From Octopus vulgaris (lineage: Eukaryota): a DNA stretch of 64,000 nucleotides. Below the pieces are notes generated by a model. It searched no databases and was not told the DNA's origin. It saw only the letters and a list, made by a program, of their open reading frames with translations. Location: positions 63,054,001 through 63,118,000 of the forward strand of contig OX597827.1 of NCBI GenBank assembly GCA_951406725.2. The letters run 5' to 3'. A program made the translations under genes and the position numbers. This document shows positions 25,854 to 40,809 of this stretch, piece by piece (the stretch's first letter is position 1; the number at the start of each line of letters is the position of its first letter).

Positions 25854-26337
25854 TCAAAATAAGCAACAAGGATATCCAGAGGTAATGCAGTACGATCGTT
25901 TCATGCGACTCTATTTAATTGAACAATGCAATCATTTCATTAAAATGTAGTGCAATCTTCAGCTGCACAAAGACATAGAATTTAATTAAATTAGGACAGA
26001 TTAGTATAATGTTACTCAAATTCTCCAAGAGGATAAGGAGATAGACAAAGAACATGTATTACCAACAACATCATGATTGTAACTGAAAATTTTTTCAAGA
26101 TGGCACTGCTTGTCACTGATTTTTCTGTTATTTAGTTTTAATTACGAGGGTCAGTTTTAATTTATTGACAAGTTTATCAAATCCTTTGTATATTTAAGGG
26201 TGAGAGAAGACAGAGGATAGCATCTGTTTCGGGTAGAGTTGGTCGAGTAGACAGACATTTCAGATGGCATAGTCATAAAATCTGATTTGTTCTTATATTT
26301 GCCAACCAATAAATATACCAATATTGGCTCTGTGTAA

Positions 26338-26757
26338 AGGCGACGAGCTGACATAATCGTTAGTACATGGGACAAAATGCTTAGCGACAATTCTACCGTA
26401 TCAAGATCAAATTCCGACGAGGTTAAATTTGCCTTTCATCCTTTCAGGGTTGATAAAGTAAGTACCAGTTGTGTACTGGGCTCTATGTAATCGACTTATC
26501 CTCTCCCCGCCTTGTGCCAAAATTTGAAATTAGCATTAAGTAATACGGCGGCGAGCTAGCAGAATCCTTAGCATACCGGGCAATATGCTTAGCGGTATAT
26601 CGTTAATCTTTACGTTCTGAGTTCAAATTCCACCGAAGTCGGCTTTGCTTTTTACCATTTCGTGGTTGATAAAATAAGTACCAATTGAATACGGGGTTTT
26701 GTTGCAAACGACTTACCCGCTCCCCTGAAAGAACTGGCCTTGTCCCAAAATTTGAAG
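26338..26757 (+). mobile_element. Two SINE family A copies
   Basis: Family A head and core occur twice. Confidence 0.75.
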
Positions 26758-26890
26758 CCGATATTTGCACTGTGTACTATGAGATCTGACACAAGGGTTT
26801 GTATATTTATTCTCAATACATTCCAACAGATTCAAATATGTGTGTGTGTGCTTGTGTGCGTTTATGTATGTATGTATGTATACATACATA

Positions 26891-27385
26891 CTGTGTAGTA
26901 AAGCTTCAACGAGTAGCATAGCATTAGCTCGGCTAAGAGATTTAAGATACTATTATAATAAGAACCAGACGTCTTGTGAAATATCGCAAAATTTGTGTCG
27001 TAGAGTGCTCGGCAGTACTGGCTAAGCTTCGCCAGTCTTAAGAAGAATCTGAGACGGTCAGTCTAGTACAGTAGCAATAAGCTGTGTAGTAAGGCTTCAA
27101 CAAGTAATATAGCACTCGATCAGCCAAGAGATTAAAGATATTATCATAAGAAAAATCCTATGAAAAACAGCCATACTTGTATCGTAGAGCGCTCGACAGT
27201 ACTGGCTAGCTTCGCCAATTTTTAAGATAGCTGATGGCATACTATACCACTTATTGAAGCCTTACCACACAATTTATTGTTATCGTACTGTAGTGACCAT
27301 CGCAGATTCTACTTAAGAGTGGTGAAGCTTAGCCAGTACACTACTGTCCAAGTTTTGCTATAATTCACAGGAATTCTGGATTTTA
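26891..27385. repeat. 191-bp unit in tandem plus an inverted copy
   Basis: ctgtgtagtaa.gcttcaac occurs at 26891 and 27082. Its reverse complement (ttgaagccttaccacaca...gaagcttagccagtac) lies at 27250-27340. Confidence 0.7.
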
Positions 27386-28044
27386 TTATTATATATGCAT
27401 ACATACACTCACAACCACATTCATACATACATGCACACACTCATACATACATGTCTAGATATGCAAGTATATCCAGGAGAAGACGAGTAAAGCAAAACAT
27501 ACAAATCTGCACGTAACTTTTGTATTTTACTTAAGTCATCAGATTGCGGCCATACTGGAGCACTGCTATATATGAAAGAAGGTTTGAAAATGCAATTTTA
27601 AAGATGTTTATTGACTTGGCCGGTTTCATTCTTTTAGAAAAAGATTGTCAAATGTAAAATGTAAAGCTTTGTAGAAGCTTTGTTGTGTTAAGTACTGGTT
27701 AGCACAAAAGTATTAAAATACATACATTCTTTGATAATAATAATAAAATATTAAAAACAGTTTACAAGAAAGTATTTAAGAAATTATTCAGAATGGGACT
27801 ACAAAAGGTAATATGACTTCAATAAAAATCATGTTTGTTAGGTAGTATATATATATATATATACAGCTACAGAGAAGACAGAAAATGTTAGAAATCCAGG
27901 TCAGTTCGTCTCCAATTTTTTGTAAATTCTTAAATATATTTCCTTCTGTGTAACTGTATACTACCAAACAAACATGATTTTTATTGAAGTCATAATACTG
28001 TTTGCAGTCCCGGTCTGAATGGTTTCTTAAATACTTTCTTGTAA

Positions 28045-28243
28045 ACTACTACTACTACTATTACTACTACTACTACAATCACCTCTACCACTACTGCTGC
28101 TGCTGCTACTACTACCACTGCCGCTGCTGCTGCTATTACTACTACTGCAAATGCTGCTAGTGTAGCTGCTGCTGCTGCTGCTACTACTGCTGCTACCATT
28201 GCTACGACTACTGCTACTACTACTACTACTACAACTACTTCTT

Positions 28244-28285
<42 letters not shown>

Positions 28286-28466
28286 TTACTATTGTTGCTG
28301 CTGCTACTACTACCATTACCGCTGCTGCTGCTACTACTACTACCATTACCGCTGCTGCTGCTATTACTACAACGGCAAATGCTGCTAGTGCCGATGCTGC
28401 TGCTACTACTGCTGCTACTATTACTACTACTACTATCATTACTGCAACTACTGCTGCCGCCACTAC

Positions 28467-28523
<57 letters not shown>

Positions 28524-28737
28524 AGTGGCAGCAACAGAAAACGCAAGACATGAGTGTAATTGCAGAACGGGAACAAGAGCAACAGTAACATCCCAGAGAA
28601 TCAACAGAAGCAGCTACGACGCCGAAAGGCACAACAGAACCAACAATACTGAACCAAAAATCGAGAACAGAACAAACAACATACAGCAGCAGCAGCAACA
28701 ACAACAACAACAGCAACAACAACAACAGCAGCAACTG
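28045..28737. repeat. Compound (CTA)/(CTG)/(CAG)/(CAA) trinucleotide tract
   Basis: Seen directly in the sequence. Confidence 0.9.
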
Positions 28738-29044
28738 TAAATGTAATAGAAAGATAAAAGGAAAAAAACAACGAAAGCATGAACAACGATAATAGCTACA
28801 GAGATATAAATAGTTCAGACATCAAAGATCTTGTATTGTTGTCTGGAAGAAATTTGAAAAATATAACATATACGAACATACAAATATGTGTGTCAAAGCG
28901 ATGCCCCAGCATGGCCTCAGTGTAATAGCGGTAACTAGTAAAAGATATATACAGAGACCGATACGAAGCAACGAAAATCTGCATGAATACGCACACACAC
29001 ACAGACACACTTCCACCTCCTCCTCCTCCTCCTCCTCCTCCTCC

Positions 29045-29091
<47 letters not shown>

Positions 29092-29355
29092 GTCATCATA
29101 TGTATATATTACTTGTTTCAGTCATTAGACTGCGCTCATGCTGGGGGAACGAATCCACTCCAGGACTTATTTTATTTTGTTAAAGCCTGGAACGTATTCT
29201 ATCGGTGTCTTTGTCCTGAACCGTTAAGTTACGGGAATGTAAACGTGCCAAAATCGCTTGTCATGCTCTGGCGAGGGGATCAAACACAGAAACGCCCAAA
29301 CGCAAATACACACACTCACACACGCACGCACAAACTTCTCTCTCTCTCTCTCACT

Positions 29356-29429
<74 letters not shown>

Positions 29430-29750
29430 AGCACTCCGTTGGTTACGACGACGAGGTTTCCAGCTGATACGATCAACAGGACAGCTTGCCCGTGAAATTA
29501 ACGTGCAAGTGACTGAGCACTCCACAGACACGTGTACCTTTCACGTAGTTCACAGGGAAATTCAGCGTGACACAGAATGTGACAAGACTAGCTCTTTGAA
29601 ATACAGCTACCACTCATTCTTGCTCGCTAAGTTGACTCGAGCAACGTGAAATAAAGTGTCTTGCTGAAAAACACAAAGCGTCGCCGCGGATTGAACTCAC
29701 AACCTTACAATCGTGAGCCGAATGCCCAAACCAATAAACCACGCGCCTTC
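29430..29750 (-). mobile_element. SINE family C copy
   Basis: gcactccgttggttacgacgacgag...gattgaactcac...ccacgcgcc. Confidence 0.8.
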
Positions 29751-29781
29751 ACTTTCTCTCTCCCCCCTCTCTCTCTCTCTC

Positions 29782-29813
<32 letters not shown>

Positions 29814-31602
29814 AATAATAATACTCAGGAGTATAACTCCAAACTTACAGGGAAAAAATTCAATTTAGTATTAAATCAAATTTCACAGTATAAATATATA
29901 AAATATAAAATATGAACTAGAGATAAAACCACTATTATGCAACTCAATAAAATTTTATGTATATAAAACAAAAATTATATATATATATTTGTTATTTATG
30001 TATTGGTTTATGTCTATCACTGTTTAAGTTGCATAATAGTGGTTTTATCTTCAATTCATATTTTATATATATATATATGTAAGTATTTATGTATGTATGT
30101 ATGTATGTATGTATATGTATATGTATCTATATATATGTGTGTGTAAATAATTAAGAGATAAAACCCATATTAAGTAAGTGATTTTTAGAATAATATTTAT
30201 TAAAATATATTTAAATCTTTCTATATCATTTATTATAGATAATATCTTTCACTATTAATTGAATTAATTAATAGAGGTTTTAACTTCTAATTATTTGCAA
30301 ATATTATATATTGTAAAGTTCGATTTAGCATTGCTAAATTGAATTTTTATCTGTAAATTTGGGATTTTATATTTCCTACTATTATATGTATATATATACA
30401 TACACAACGATCTCAAACCCACAAGAGTAAACAAGAGGGACCGAGACAGGCTGAGAAAGGAAAATGCCACTTGTATTTGAACACTATACAAATATTCTTT
30501 TAAAAAACCTTTTCGTTTATTTTTTCCTAATTTAATTATTTTCTATACTTACAGTTGAAACAGTCTCAATGACTGGAACCGGTACTGAAATGTTCTTTTT
30601 AAAAAAAATATTGTAGCATTTGTCAATCAAAATATGTTTATTTCAGATATTCTCATTTTCAAAATCCTCTCTGGCTAATCGTTGGTGTTGCCTTGACAGA
30701 GGTTTGCGCTCTCTGAGTACTCTTGTTTTTATTCATACATTTTAAGCAGCATATAGTCTACAACCATTTAGAATTATATCCATGGGGAGTTGTCAGCTAT
30801 GTTCCAGTTGATGGTTATAAATTAGTGTCAGACAACCTCCCAGACCCTTATTTTACTGAGACCATACATCTAGCTTTATCTACACAAAGGGATCTATGTC
30901 AGAGCTCCTAGTGAGAGAATGGCCGATGGGGAAGAGGTGATAACTAGAAGAATGAAGGATAGGGTGGCTAGTTCATATTTTGATCGTTTCAGCACACGAT
31001 CTCAGATCAAATCACTTGCTATGCAAGTACATTTCCGTAAATATAAAGAGAATAAAGTGAAAAACAGAAGAGGTAAAAGTAAGCTTTAAGAGTTGGGATT
31101 AGAAATGTGGGATACGGGATGTATTAATTCATAATTTAGCAAATTTATTATATTAAATCTAGAAAAGAATTATAGATTAATATATAGGAAATTAAACCTA
31201 AAGCCTAATAATGCGGTATTTTATTATATAAGAGGAAGTTCATAAGGCATTTCCTAAACATTATTAAGGTGGTAGTGATAAAACCATTCCACAATGAATT
31301 TATAAAAGGATTAAATTAACATCTGAGTAAGAGTACAGAGTATATATTAAATCAAAACAAGGATTAATATTTTCATTACAGGTGAATATGTATAAGATAT
31401 TGAAAATATGGAATCGAATGTAAGGTATAATTAAATTAAAGGTATATCACATGTATAATAGAGTAACTATTTATTGAATAATATAAGATTAAAAGCTAAA
31501 ATAAAATACAATAATTATTTCCATATATGGTAAACTTTTATAAGAAATTTTGTAAGAAATTTATTTAAAAATTATATGTACTAAGAAAAAATTATGAAAG
31601 GA

Positions 31603-32205
31603 TAAAATTTCATTACCCTTAACTGCAGAAAGCGGTTTTATTCTACGGCTTTGGGGTGAGGAAGAAGAAAAAAAAAACTTTCCTTGTGCTGCCAGAAGTC
31701 AAGACAATCCCCGGTAGTGAGCTGGTAGAATCATCACCATATCGGTTAGAGTATTCAGTAGAATATATTTCGACACATTACGATCTGACTTTTTCTTTCA
31801 TCATTTTGCAGTCGATTAAATGAGTACAAGTCACCGGAGTTATTGTAATAGACTAGACTGCTCCACAAAAATTTCAGATTTTGTGTCTAAAGTTGAAAGT
31901 ATTATCCACCAAGAGGTAGAAATGATATTTTCTTCTTCTGCAATATATTTTCAGCATCTCCTGTAAAAGCAGTTATGATATACACCACTAAAAATATTTG
32001 GGTATGGTTCTGTAAAGATATATTTCATGAATTATGTGAAAAAATATTAAGAAACTCTGACAAAATTTGTTTTTTGTTTTGTAAAAAGAGTAACTGGGGA
32101 TTGTCTTCACTTCTTGCAGCAGAAGAGAAATCTTTTTTCTTTGTTTGCTTTTTTCAAAACCGTAGAGTAAAACCGCTCTCCGCCAGTTAACTGTAATAAA
32201 ATTTT
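31603..32205. mobile_element. MITE-like element with ~100-bp inverted repeats and a nested degenerate family A SINE
   Basis: ttaactgcagaaagcggttttattctacgg...gaagtcaagacaatccc / gggattgtcttcacttc...ccgtagagtaaaaccgctctccgccagttaa. Confidence 0.6.
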
Positions 32206-32755
32206 GAGCTGATATAACCGCTTTCTGCCTTCAAATGGTGAACACAACACATACAAAAACGCTATCAACAACCAATAAACTAACACAACATATGCTTATA
32301 CATCATAAGTAACTAATACTATAGTGTAACGCCAACAGCTCACACATCTTACATTCTACACGTTTGCCACCTGATAATAGATAAAATACACACAGCACAA
32401 TCGAAGCCCCGCACTGGAAGCACCCAACACCAAACATGTAGCACAATACAAAACAACTCACCCATTCACCACTTGCAAAGAAACACACCACCCATCTAAC
32501 ATGGTGTCACAACTTACATTAGGCACACTGTACACAACAGATAAAAACATTAAAAATAGTAAGAGAAACATTCAAAAGACAGAACAAACGCTAAATGTTG
32601 TAGAACAAAACACACACACACGCGCGTTTGTATATCCCCCCAGAAGTCTTATGTTGTACACACCTCAAGAAGAGAGATATGCACCTGGTGATGCAGTAGA
32701 GAATCGTATAATACAGTTGGAAACATAATGATAAATAGCAAATACAAACTATATG

Positions 32756-32873
<118 letters not shown>

Positions 32874-32889
32874 TATATATATGTATGTG

Positions 32890-32950
<61 letters not shown>

Positions 32951-32988
32951 CACATACATATATATATGAATATATATATATATACATG

Positions 32989-33055
<67 letters not shown>

Positions 33056-33084
33056 TTTATTTGCGAGTTCAGTACGTATAGAAT

Positions 33085-33628
33085 GAATAATATTACCGTT
33101 GAGGATGATGTTGATGATAATGATGATGATGATGATCTTCATCACCATCATCATAACCATCAACATCATTATCATCCTTATCACCACCACCACCACTACC
33201 TTCATCATAGTCAACATCATGGTAATCGTCATCACCATCATCATGATCATCATCGTCATCGTCATAATCACCATAACAATCATTATCAGTCTCCTGCTTC
33301 CGCTTTCTCCCCCTTCCTCTTCCTCGTCCTCCTCATTTAAGTTGGCGTCATCGTCTTTAAACTCCCTCTTCATCATAATCGCCTTCCCCTCTTCCCCTCC
33401 TTCTCTTTGTCATCGTCGTTATCGTCATCGCCATCATCATCATCTAAACTAACATATTAACACATGAAACTAGATACGATCAACATCCCTATTCACCGTC
33501 ATCGTCATCGCTAACCTCGTCTTTATCATCCTCATCGTCCTCCCCATCGACATCATCATCGTTTATGTAATCATCACCAGCAACACCCCCAAAACATTCA
33601 TTTTCTTCTCTTTCTCATTATTACCGCT

Positions 33629-33720
<92 letters not shown>

Positions 33721-33752
33721 ATTACTACTGCTACTACTTTTATTACTACTTT

Positions 33753-33799
<47 letters not shown>

Positions 33800-33803
33800 A
33801 TAC

Positions 33804-33846
<43 letters not shown>

Positions 33847-34118
33847 ATCACCACCACCACACTACTTACACAACTGTTACTAAAACCATCACTACTACTA
33901 CAGCTACTACTACTGCCACCGCCACTGCTGCTGTTACTACTACTACTACTACTACCACTAGCACCATCAGCATTATCATTATCATGATCATCATCATCGT
34001 CATCGTCTTCATCATCATCATCATCATCGTCATCATGATCATTATCATCATCATCATCATCATTAAAACGGCAACAATAATAATGATAATAACAATAACA
34101 ACACAATAATAAATAATA

Positions 34119-34152
<34 letters not shown>

Positions 34153-34212
34153 CAAACGCAATGATGATAATGATTCTAAACAAAAACAACAACAACAACA
34201 ACAATAATAATG

Positions 34213-34271
<59 letters not shown>

Positions 34272-34290
34272 GCTGGTAATAATAATAAGC
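33085..34290. repeat. Compound trinucleotide tracts (CAT, CTA, CTG, AAT)
   Basis: Seen directly in the sequence. Confidence 0.9.
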
Positions 34291-34543
34291 ACAACATGCA
34301 GCTCAATGCTCCCGTTATCAGCTCCATCATGCCCCTTATCTCTTCAGTCATCAACATTCCTAGAGCAAACGGTGTATATAAGTTCAATACGTACGTGTCT
34401 CGATTAAAAAAAAATATATATACACAGAGAGAAATTAAAACAAAAACAGAAGATAAAATAGAATTAAAAATTCACAACCATTACCAAGAAAATATCTCCA
34501 GACAAACGCACAGAGAAATGTGCGGAGACAGTATCAGCACACA

Positions 34544-34574
<31 letters not shown>

Positions 34575-34776
34575 TCACGCACACATCCATTGGCGCACAT
34601 ACATATAAGCACAAGTACCTTGTGTGTGTACGTGTGTGTGAAACAGAGAGAGAGCATGTGATTTCACTGACACAGTTCGAAGTCAAAATTTCAACGGCCG
34701 TAGCACGATCAGGCTCTTAAACCTTTTATCTATATAACACAAGCACACAGACACACACACACAGACACACACACAC

Positions 34777-34846
<70 letters not shown>

Positions 34847-34996
34847 GTATATATACATATATACATATATATATTATATATAAACATATATACATATGTA
34901 TATTTATATAAAATATTCTTGTGTGTGTGCGTATAGGCACGCATATTTATATATATACATGTATATACATATGTATGTATATATGTATATATATAT

Positions 34997-35048
<52 letters not shown>

Positions 35049-35207
35049 TGTTGTGTCTGGGGAGAGTCATTCTCTTTTAGTGCCTTATTATTTAACACAC
35101 TCACTGGTAAAATTTCCACTTTTTTTCTATTTTTTTTGTATTTTCCTAAAATTTTCGTTGCGTCTTGCAAACTTTTCAATAGTCTTGACTCTGTCCGTTA
35201 TTTAGGT

Positions 35208-35548
35208 TGCATGAGAAATTTCATCAGGCTGAGTTGCCATCCCGCTCAAAAGGTAACCCTGAATAAGGTTTATTTAAGGATGGTGAACAAAACACTCATG
35301 TTTCCAGAGGTAAATTATCCAAATCTCTAAGAATTCCTCTCAACACACGGTTATGATGCTCCTCCACTACTTCTGCTTCTGATCAGAGATGCACATATCG
35401 TCAAACATTAAGTGATATGCTCAGCTTTTGATATGCTCAAAATTTGTAGTATTGAGCTCATCTTTTATACCAAGACAAAACAATGTACATGAGAGCACTT
35501 TCAATTAGTTAAAATCAAAAGGCACAAGATCCACTGCCCGATACTGCA
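35208..35548 (-). mobile_element. Family D partial copy
   Basis: Reverse complement of ~2340-2705. Confidence 0.7.
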
Positions 35549-35705
35549 TCATAATCATCATCATCATCATCGTTATCGTCGTCATCATCGTCATCGTCGT
35601 CATCGACGTCATCGTCGTCATCGACGTCATCGTCGTCATCGTCGTCGTCGTCGTCGTCATCATCATCATCACCATCATCATCATTATTATTATTATTATC
35701 ATTAT

Positions 35706-35779
<74 letters not shown>

Positions 35780-35816
35780 TTATTATTATTATTATTGTTA
35801 TTATTATTATTATTAT

Positions 35817-36058
35817 TCAGTAGTTTTATTTTTATAGCGTGCTTTCACTTCACTACAGAACGCAGCTCTGTGTGCCTTGGGTATGTGCTGTGATTTGTTG
35901 TGATGCTCTGATGGTTATTGTATGGAAAGTGTTCTGCGTAGGATGTGTGCAGTGCCTAGTAGTGCAATTTTCATGTTATATGTGTTTGTTAGTCCTGGTG
36001 TTTTTGTTATGTATTTGTCTGAATATTTTTTTATCATGCCTAATGCACCTACTATGAT
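35817..36058 (-). pseudogene. 3' end of an R4/Dong-type non-LTR retrotransposon (restriction-like endonuclease C-terminus)
   Basis: IIVGALGMIKKYSDKYITKTPGLTNTYNMKIALLGTAHILRRTLSIQ*, then a 3' UTR and an (AAT)n tail. Confidence 0.8.
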
Positions 36059-36084
36059 AGATTATTATTATTTTTATTATATGT

Positions 36085-37262
36085 TTGCTTTGTATTTGTA
36101 CAAGTTGACTCCAAGTCTCACAGAGAGCCCTCAAGAGACAAGTTAGAAATCCATAAATCCATATTGGTGTCATATTTTCGGTTTTGCGCAGAGTATTGTT
36201 CTGGGTAAATTTTAAGAAAATATAAGAAAATTATGAGTTTGCTTTAAAATTTGAGATTACATTCACAGTATTTTACGTAGGATATGGGCAGTTCCCATGA
36301 GCACTATCTTTTGAATTTCTGCCATTTTAGTGTTTCCTGGTATCTGAACTAGGTAAGAATAGGCCCCTTTTGCTAACATTCCTAGGACACCTATGATAAG
36401 AGGTATTGGTTTAGTCTTGAGGTTCTACATTTTGCCAAATTCTTCTTCAGTTTCTATTTTGTTGGTTTGATAGTCTTGTCAAACGTAAGGTTTTTCTAAA
36501 CATTCTATGTCAGACCTAAGTAGCTGAATTTGGTATTGAATACGCTCTTGCCAAATAGGCTTGTCATTTTCTAATCTTTTCACCACATAGAATCGTCGAA
36601 ATTTTCGCATATGCATAGTACAGGTGGTTGAGATCTGTAATAACAACATCATTATCTGAAATTAGATTCTTAAGTGCAAGGCAGATTTTACCAATTACTT
36701 TCAGGTTTTGGTTAGAATTGCGAAATTTGGGAGGAGTGTCGCGTTCATTCATACTGGTTTCTTTAATTTTCAGCCATTCAATCATGATTTGATTTTTTTA
36801 GATCATGTAGTTCTGTCGATTCAATTTCTGTGTGACTTTCTTCATCTATTTGATTTTCCTCTGCCTTAGTGTTTATGGTTGGTTCAGAGAGTATTTCACT
36901 TTGCTTATCAGTTACATTAATTCTTTCAATCATTATTGCATTTACGTCAGGCCTGAGTTGGTCTATAATTATTTTCTCTGTAGTATCTTGTTTAGCTGTA
37001 ACTTCGTTCCTTTTATCCCTTACTGATTGTTTAATTTGGTCAAATTCTAATTCAGTTAGTAATTTCTTTTTCAGAATGTTTCTTTTGACGTTGGCAAGTT
37101 TGTTACTGTCTATGTGGGGTCTTACTCCAAGATGTTTCTTTCTCAAGCTTAGGTAGGTTTTTTTTCAGTATTAGACATGTCATTAGACATAATTACATGC
37201 CATGTATTTTGGGGGAAATACACGGCATGGTAGAAGGCCGTAAGAACTTCATTCATTATTAT
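36085..37262 (-). pseudogene. Internally deleted R4/Dong-type element: N-terminal region joined to the endonuclease end, with no RT
   Basis: EVLTAFYHAVYFP, KLANVKRNILKKKLLTELEFDQIK and KPIWQERIQYQIQLLRSDI are followed closely by KM*NLKTKPIPLIIGVLG...EIQKIVLMGTAHILRKIL. Confidence 0.75.
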
Positions 37263-37864
37263 CTCCACCAAACCTTTCGACAATCGGTGTTGGTTAGTAT
37301 ACGTCACCGTTACATAACGGTTTGACAAAAGAGACCGCAAGAATATGTACCTGGCTTTACAAAGCATATGTCTCAGAGTCGATTAGTTCTACTTAGACCT
37401 TTCGAGACGGTGTCCCTGTATAGCTGCAGTCCAAGAACTGAAAAACGTATGATATAAAAAGAAAAGAGAAACCGTGGGTACATGTAGCACGATATCTGTT
37501 GACGCTCTCATAGTAAATCTAAAGCAATCTAATTTTCTGATGCTTTAACCAGATACGAACATTTCATTGTTTTATGGTCAGTTTCGCTCGATCTTATTTA
37601 AGCTTTGGATAAATACAATCTGTTTATCTTCGGTTGCGGCTTACGAAGATCCAGCAATGTGTTTATGAGGCTAACTACTTTCCAGAAACAAGCTTTGCAT
37701 TCATATAGTACATATTCTACATTTGATTTAGATAGTATTATTGTCAGCCTATGGCTGCTCAATAATCTCAATAATCTAAGTCGATTTAAGTCTTCGCAGA
37801 AAGTTATTATTCGTATCTATATTCAACGTTAATCTCGTGTTTCAGATAATCCTGTTTCTTATGG

Positions 37865-38715
37865 GAACAGGGCCTGAAATTTTGATGGAGAGTGCTTGTT
37901 GATTACATCAACCCCCGGTGCTCAACTGGTATTTATTTTATTGACCTGGAGAGGATGACGTGCAAAGTTGACCTCAGCGGAATTTGAACTCAAAATGTAA
38001 AGACAAACGAAATATCACCAAGTGTTTTAACCGTCATGGTAACGATTCTGCCAGCTCGCCGCCATCATCTCACGTTTAGATAATATTTTCTGCTAAAGGC
38101 ACAAAGCCTAATATTTTGGGGGACAGGGTTAGTCGATTAGATCGACCGCTGTACGTAACCTGTACTTAAATTTTCAACCCCGAAATGATGAAAGGCAGAG
38201 TCGACCTCGGCGGAATTTGAAACTCAGAATGTAGGGAGGGCGAAATACCGCAAAGCATTTCGACCGGTGTGCTAACGATTCTGCCAGCTTGCCGCCTTTC
38301 TCACGTTTAGATAATATTCTTTTCTCTTTAGACACAAGGCCCAAAATTTTTGGGGAGGGAGCCAGTCGATTACATCGACCCCAGTATGCAACTGGTACGT
38401 AATTTATCGGCCCTGAAAGGGTGAAAGGCAAAGTCAATCTCGGCAGAATTTTAACTCAGAACGTAAAGACAAACGAAATACCTATTTCTTTATTACCCAC
38501 AAGGGGCTAAACATAGAGGGGACAAACAAGGACAGACATAGGTATTAAGTCGATTACATCGACCCCAGTGCGGAACTGGTACTTAATTTATCGACCCTGA
38601 AAGGATGAAAGGCAAAGTCAACCTCGGCAGAATTTGAACTCACAACGTAATGACAGACGAAATACCGCTAAGCATTTCATCCGGCGTGCTAACGTTTCTG
38701 ACAGCTCGCCGCCTT
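37865..38715 (-). mobile_element. Cluster of four SINE family A units
   Basis: The reverse-complemented family A core occurs four times. Confidence 0.85.
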
Positions 38716-39239
38716 ACGTTTAAATAATACTAGCAAAATCACTAACCTCATAGTTTTCTATTCATTATTCGTTCTCTCTTATAAATCCCTCTCAAATTTT
38801 CTTCAAGAAACAAGTTCATTTAATATATAAGCGACAGTATATCATTGTAAACGCTAATCCAGTTGTAGCAAAATGAATTTTTATACATTTTTGGAAGGAG
38901 AAAAAACTACGAAATAATCACCTGTGACGTCATACTATTCGCTATTTTTTAAATGGTGAAATATAAAGTGGCAATTTCAAGTGTAATAAATTTTTATTAG
39001 TCAGTTTTCACGACTGACATAGCTGTTAGAAAATACAGAAATATTTCTATTATGACATCATAAACAGTATGATGTTTTCCTCTCAATGTTTTCATTGCTT
39101 TAGCAGATACGAGTGCAGACATTGAAGGTTATATTTTGTTTATCGTCACACGTTCCGTTCCAGTTCTTGATACTGGGTAGTGGCTTATATGCCTCAATGA
39201 TCCTGACAACTATATCAGCATAGAGCACGTTGGACATTT

Positions 39240-39555
39240 CAAAGGATAGAGGCCAGACTATATGGACCATCTCCTCCCAGAGGTAGAAATGAGTTTGCGT
39301 TGGGCCGACACCTCTACCTAGAAATAAAAGCAAGTTATAGAAGCATCGGTGATAGATCAGAATCAACAAAACCTGGGAGAGGAAGGTCTTACTACGGCAT
39401 ACATATTTCTAAAGTGGAGTTGGGACGAAGTCCACAAGTGAAGCAAAAGGAGGGAGCTGAAAATTCAGAACCGGAAAGACAATCCAGATTCAAGAACAAT
39501 GGAGAAAAGTCATCGATAGCCTATACTCCATAGGCAGCGAAAGCCTTAATCTCCC
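39240..39555 (+). mobile_element. Possible RTE-type LINE remnant
   Basis: tggagaaaagtcatcgatagcctatactcc (WRKVIDSLYS) resembles RTE C-termini. Upstream, gttgggccgacacctctacc resembles RTE 5' UTR motifs. Confidence 0.35.
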
Positions 39556-39791
39556 TCTTTTGTCCACGCAAATACTGTAAAAAAGTACCTCACCGAAATT
39601 ATACAAAAAAAAAAAGTGAGACAAACAATGGAATATATCAGTTCCAAGGAACAGGATTTCTATCTTTCTAAAGAAATATCTTATCTACGTTGTTCGATAT
39701 TTATCTGATATTGTTTGGACGTGCAAGTTAGATCGATCAAACGAAGTGACTCAGTTTAAGTAATACCTAATTCAACTGAATTTTAATCATG

Positions 39792-39866
<75 letters not shown>

Positions 39867-39887
39867 GTCTATCTGTCTATCTATCTT

Positions 39888-39918
<31 letters not shown>

Positions 39919-39920
39919 CT

Positions 39921-40013
<93 letters not shown>

Positions 40014-40136
40014 TGTATGTGTGTGTTCGTGTGTGTGTGTGTGTGTGTATAACATTCCGCTATATTTCATTCTGCAATATTCTCTGTTACCCGCTCCCTC
40101 TCCCTCTTCTCCCTCTCTCTCTTTCTCTCTCCAACT

Positions 40137-40167
<31 letters not shown>

Positions 40168-40419
40168 TCTCTCTCTCTCTCTCTCTCTCTTCCTTCCTCT
40201 TTCTCCATTAGGTCTCTTTCTTGCCCAGTTTAATATGTTAATAGTCTGAAAATAGTTTAACGTGAATGGACTTTCATGAATGACTTTAACCTCGCAAAAC
40301 TACTGTTAGCCCAATCGCATTATACTCTTATATCTGTACATTTTTTATATTTTACATATTTACTTTTGTATTTTATATATTCACTTTTTATATTTATATT
40401 TACTAATAAAGATCTAAAA

Positions 40420-40730
40420 CATGGGTTCTCAAAGCGGGCGAAACCGCTCACCGATGGGCGTTGAGAAGGTTAAAGTGGGCGCTGGTGCCTAAAGAGAAAA
40501 AGGAGGAGTTCGGAGGAAGGTAGTGGATTGGAGGCCGCTGTGTATTTATTATATTATTATAGTATTGTATACAAATTATATAATATCATATTAAGTATCA
40601 AATAATTCATAGTACATATAAATTAGTAAAATATAAAATATTCATTTATACATAAAAATGGGGGTTCGGGAGCTGAGGGTGTTATGTGGCCATGAGGAGG
40701 GTGGTGGTCCAGAAAGTTTGAGAGACTCTG
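40420..40730. mobile_element. hAT-type MITE
   Basis: TIRs catgggttctcaaa / tttgagagactctg. Imperfect 8-bp TSD atctaaaa / atctagag. Confidence 0.55.
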
Positions 40731-40809
40731 ATCTAGAGAATTCTTCAGCTCTCCATTTCCTGCAGAATATTTGTTAAAGATTTCACGCTACATCCCATCT
40801 AAAAGATGT

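Noticed and set aside
27990-28740. Long ORFs of 200+ aa rich in Ser, Val, Leu or Gln
   Set aside because: They are translations of compound trinucleotide microsatellites, open in several frames on both strands.
30552-30588. Hammerhead-like fold (cag...AGTC/GACT-GGAAC-CG-GTA-ctg)
   Set aside because: The core reads TTGAAAC with several mismatches, too degenerate to call.
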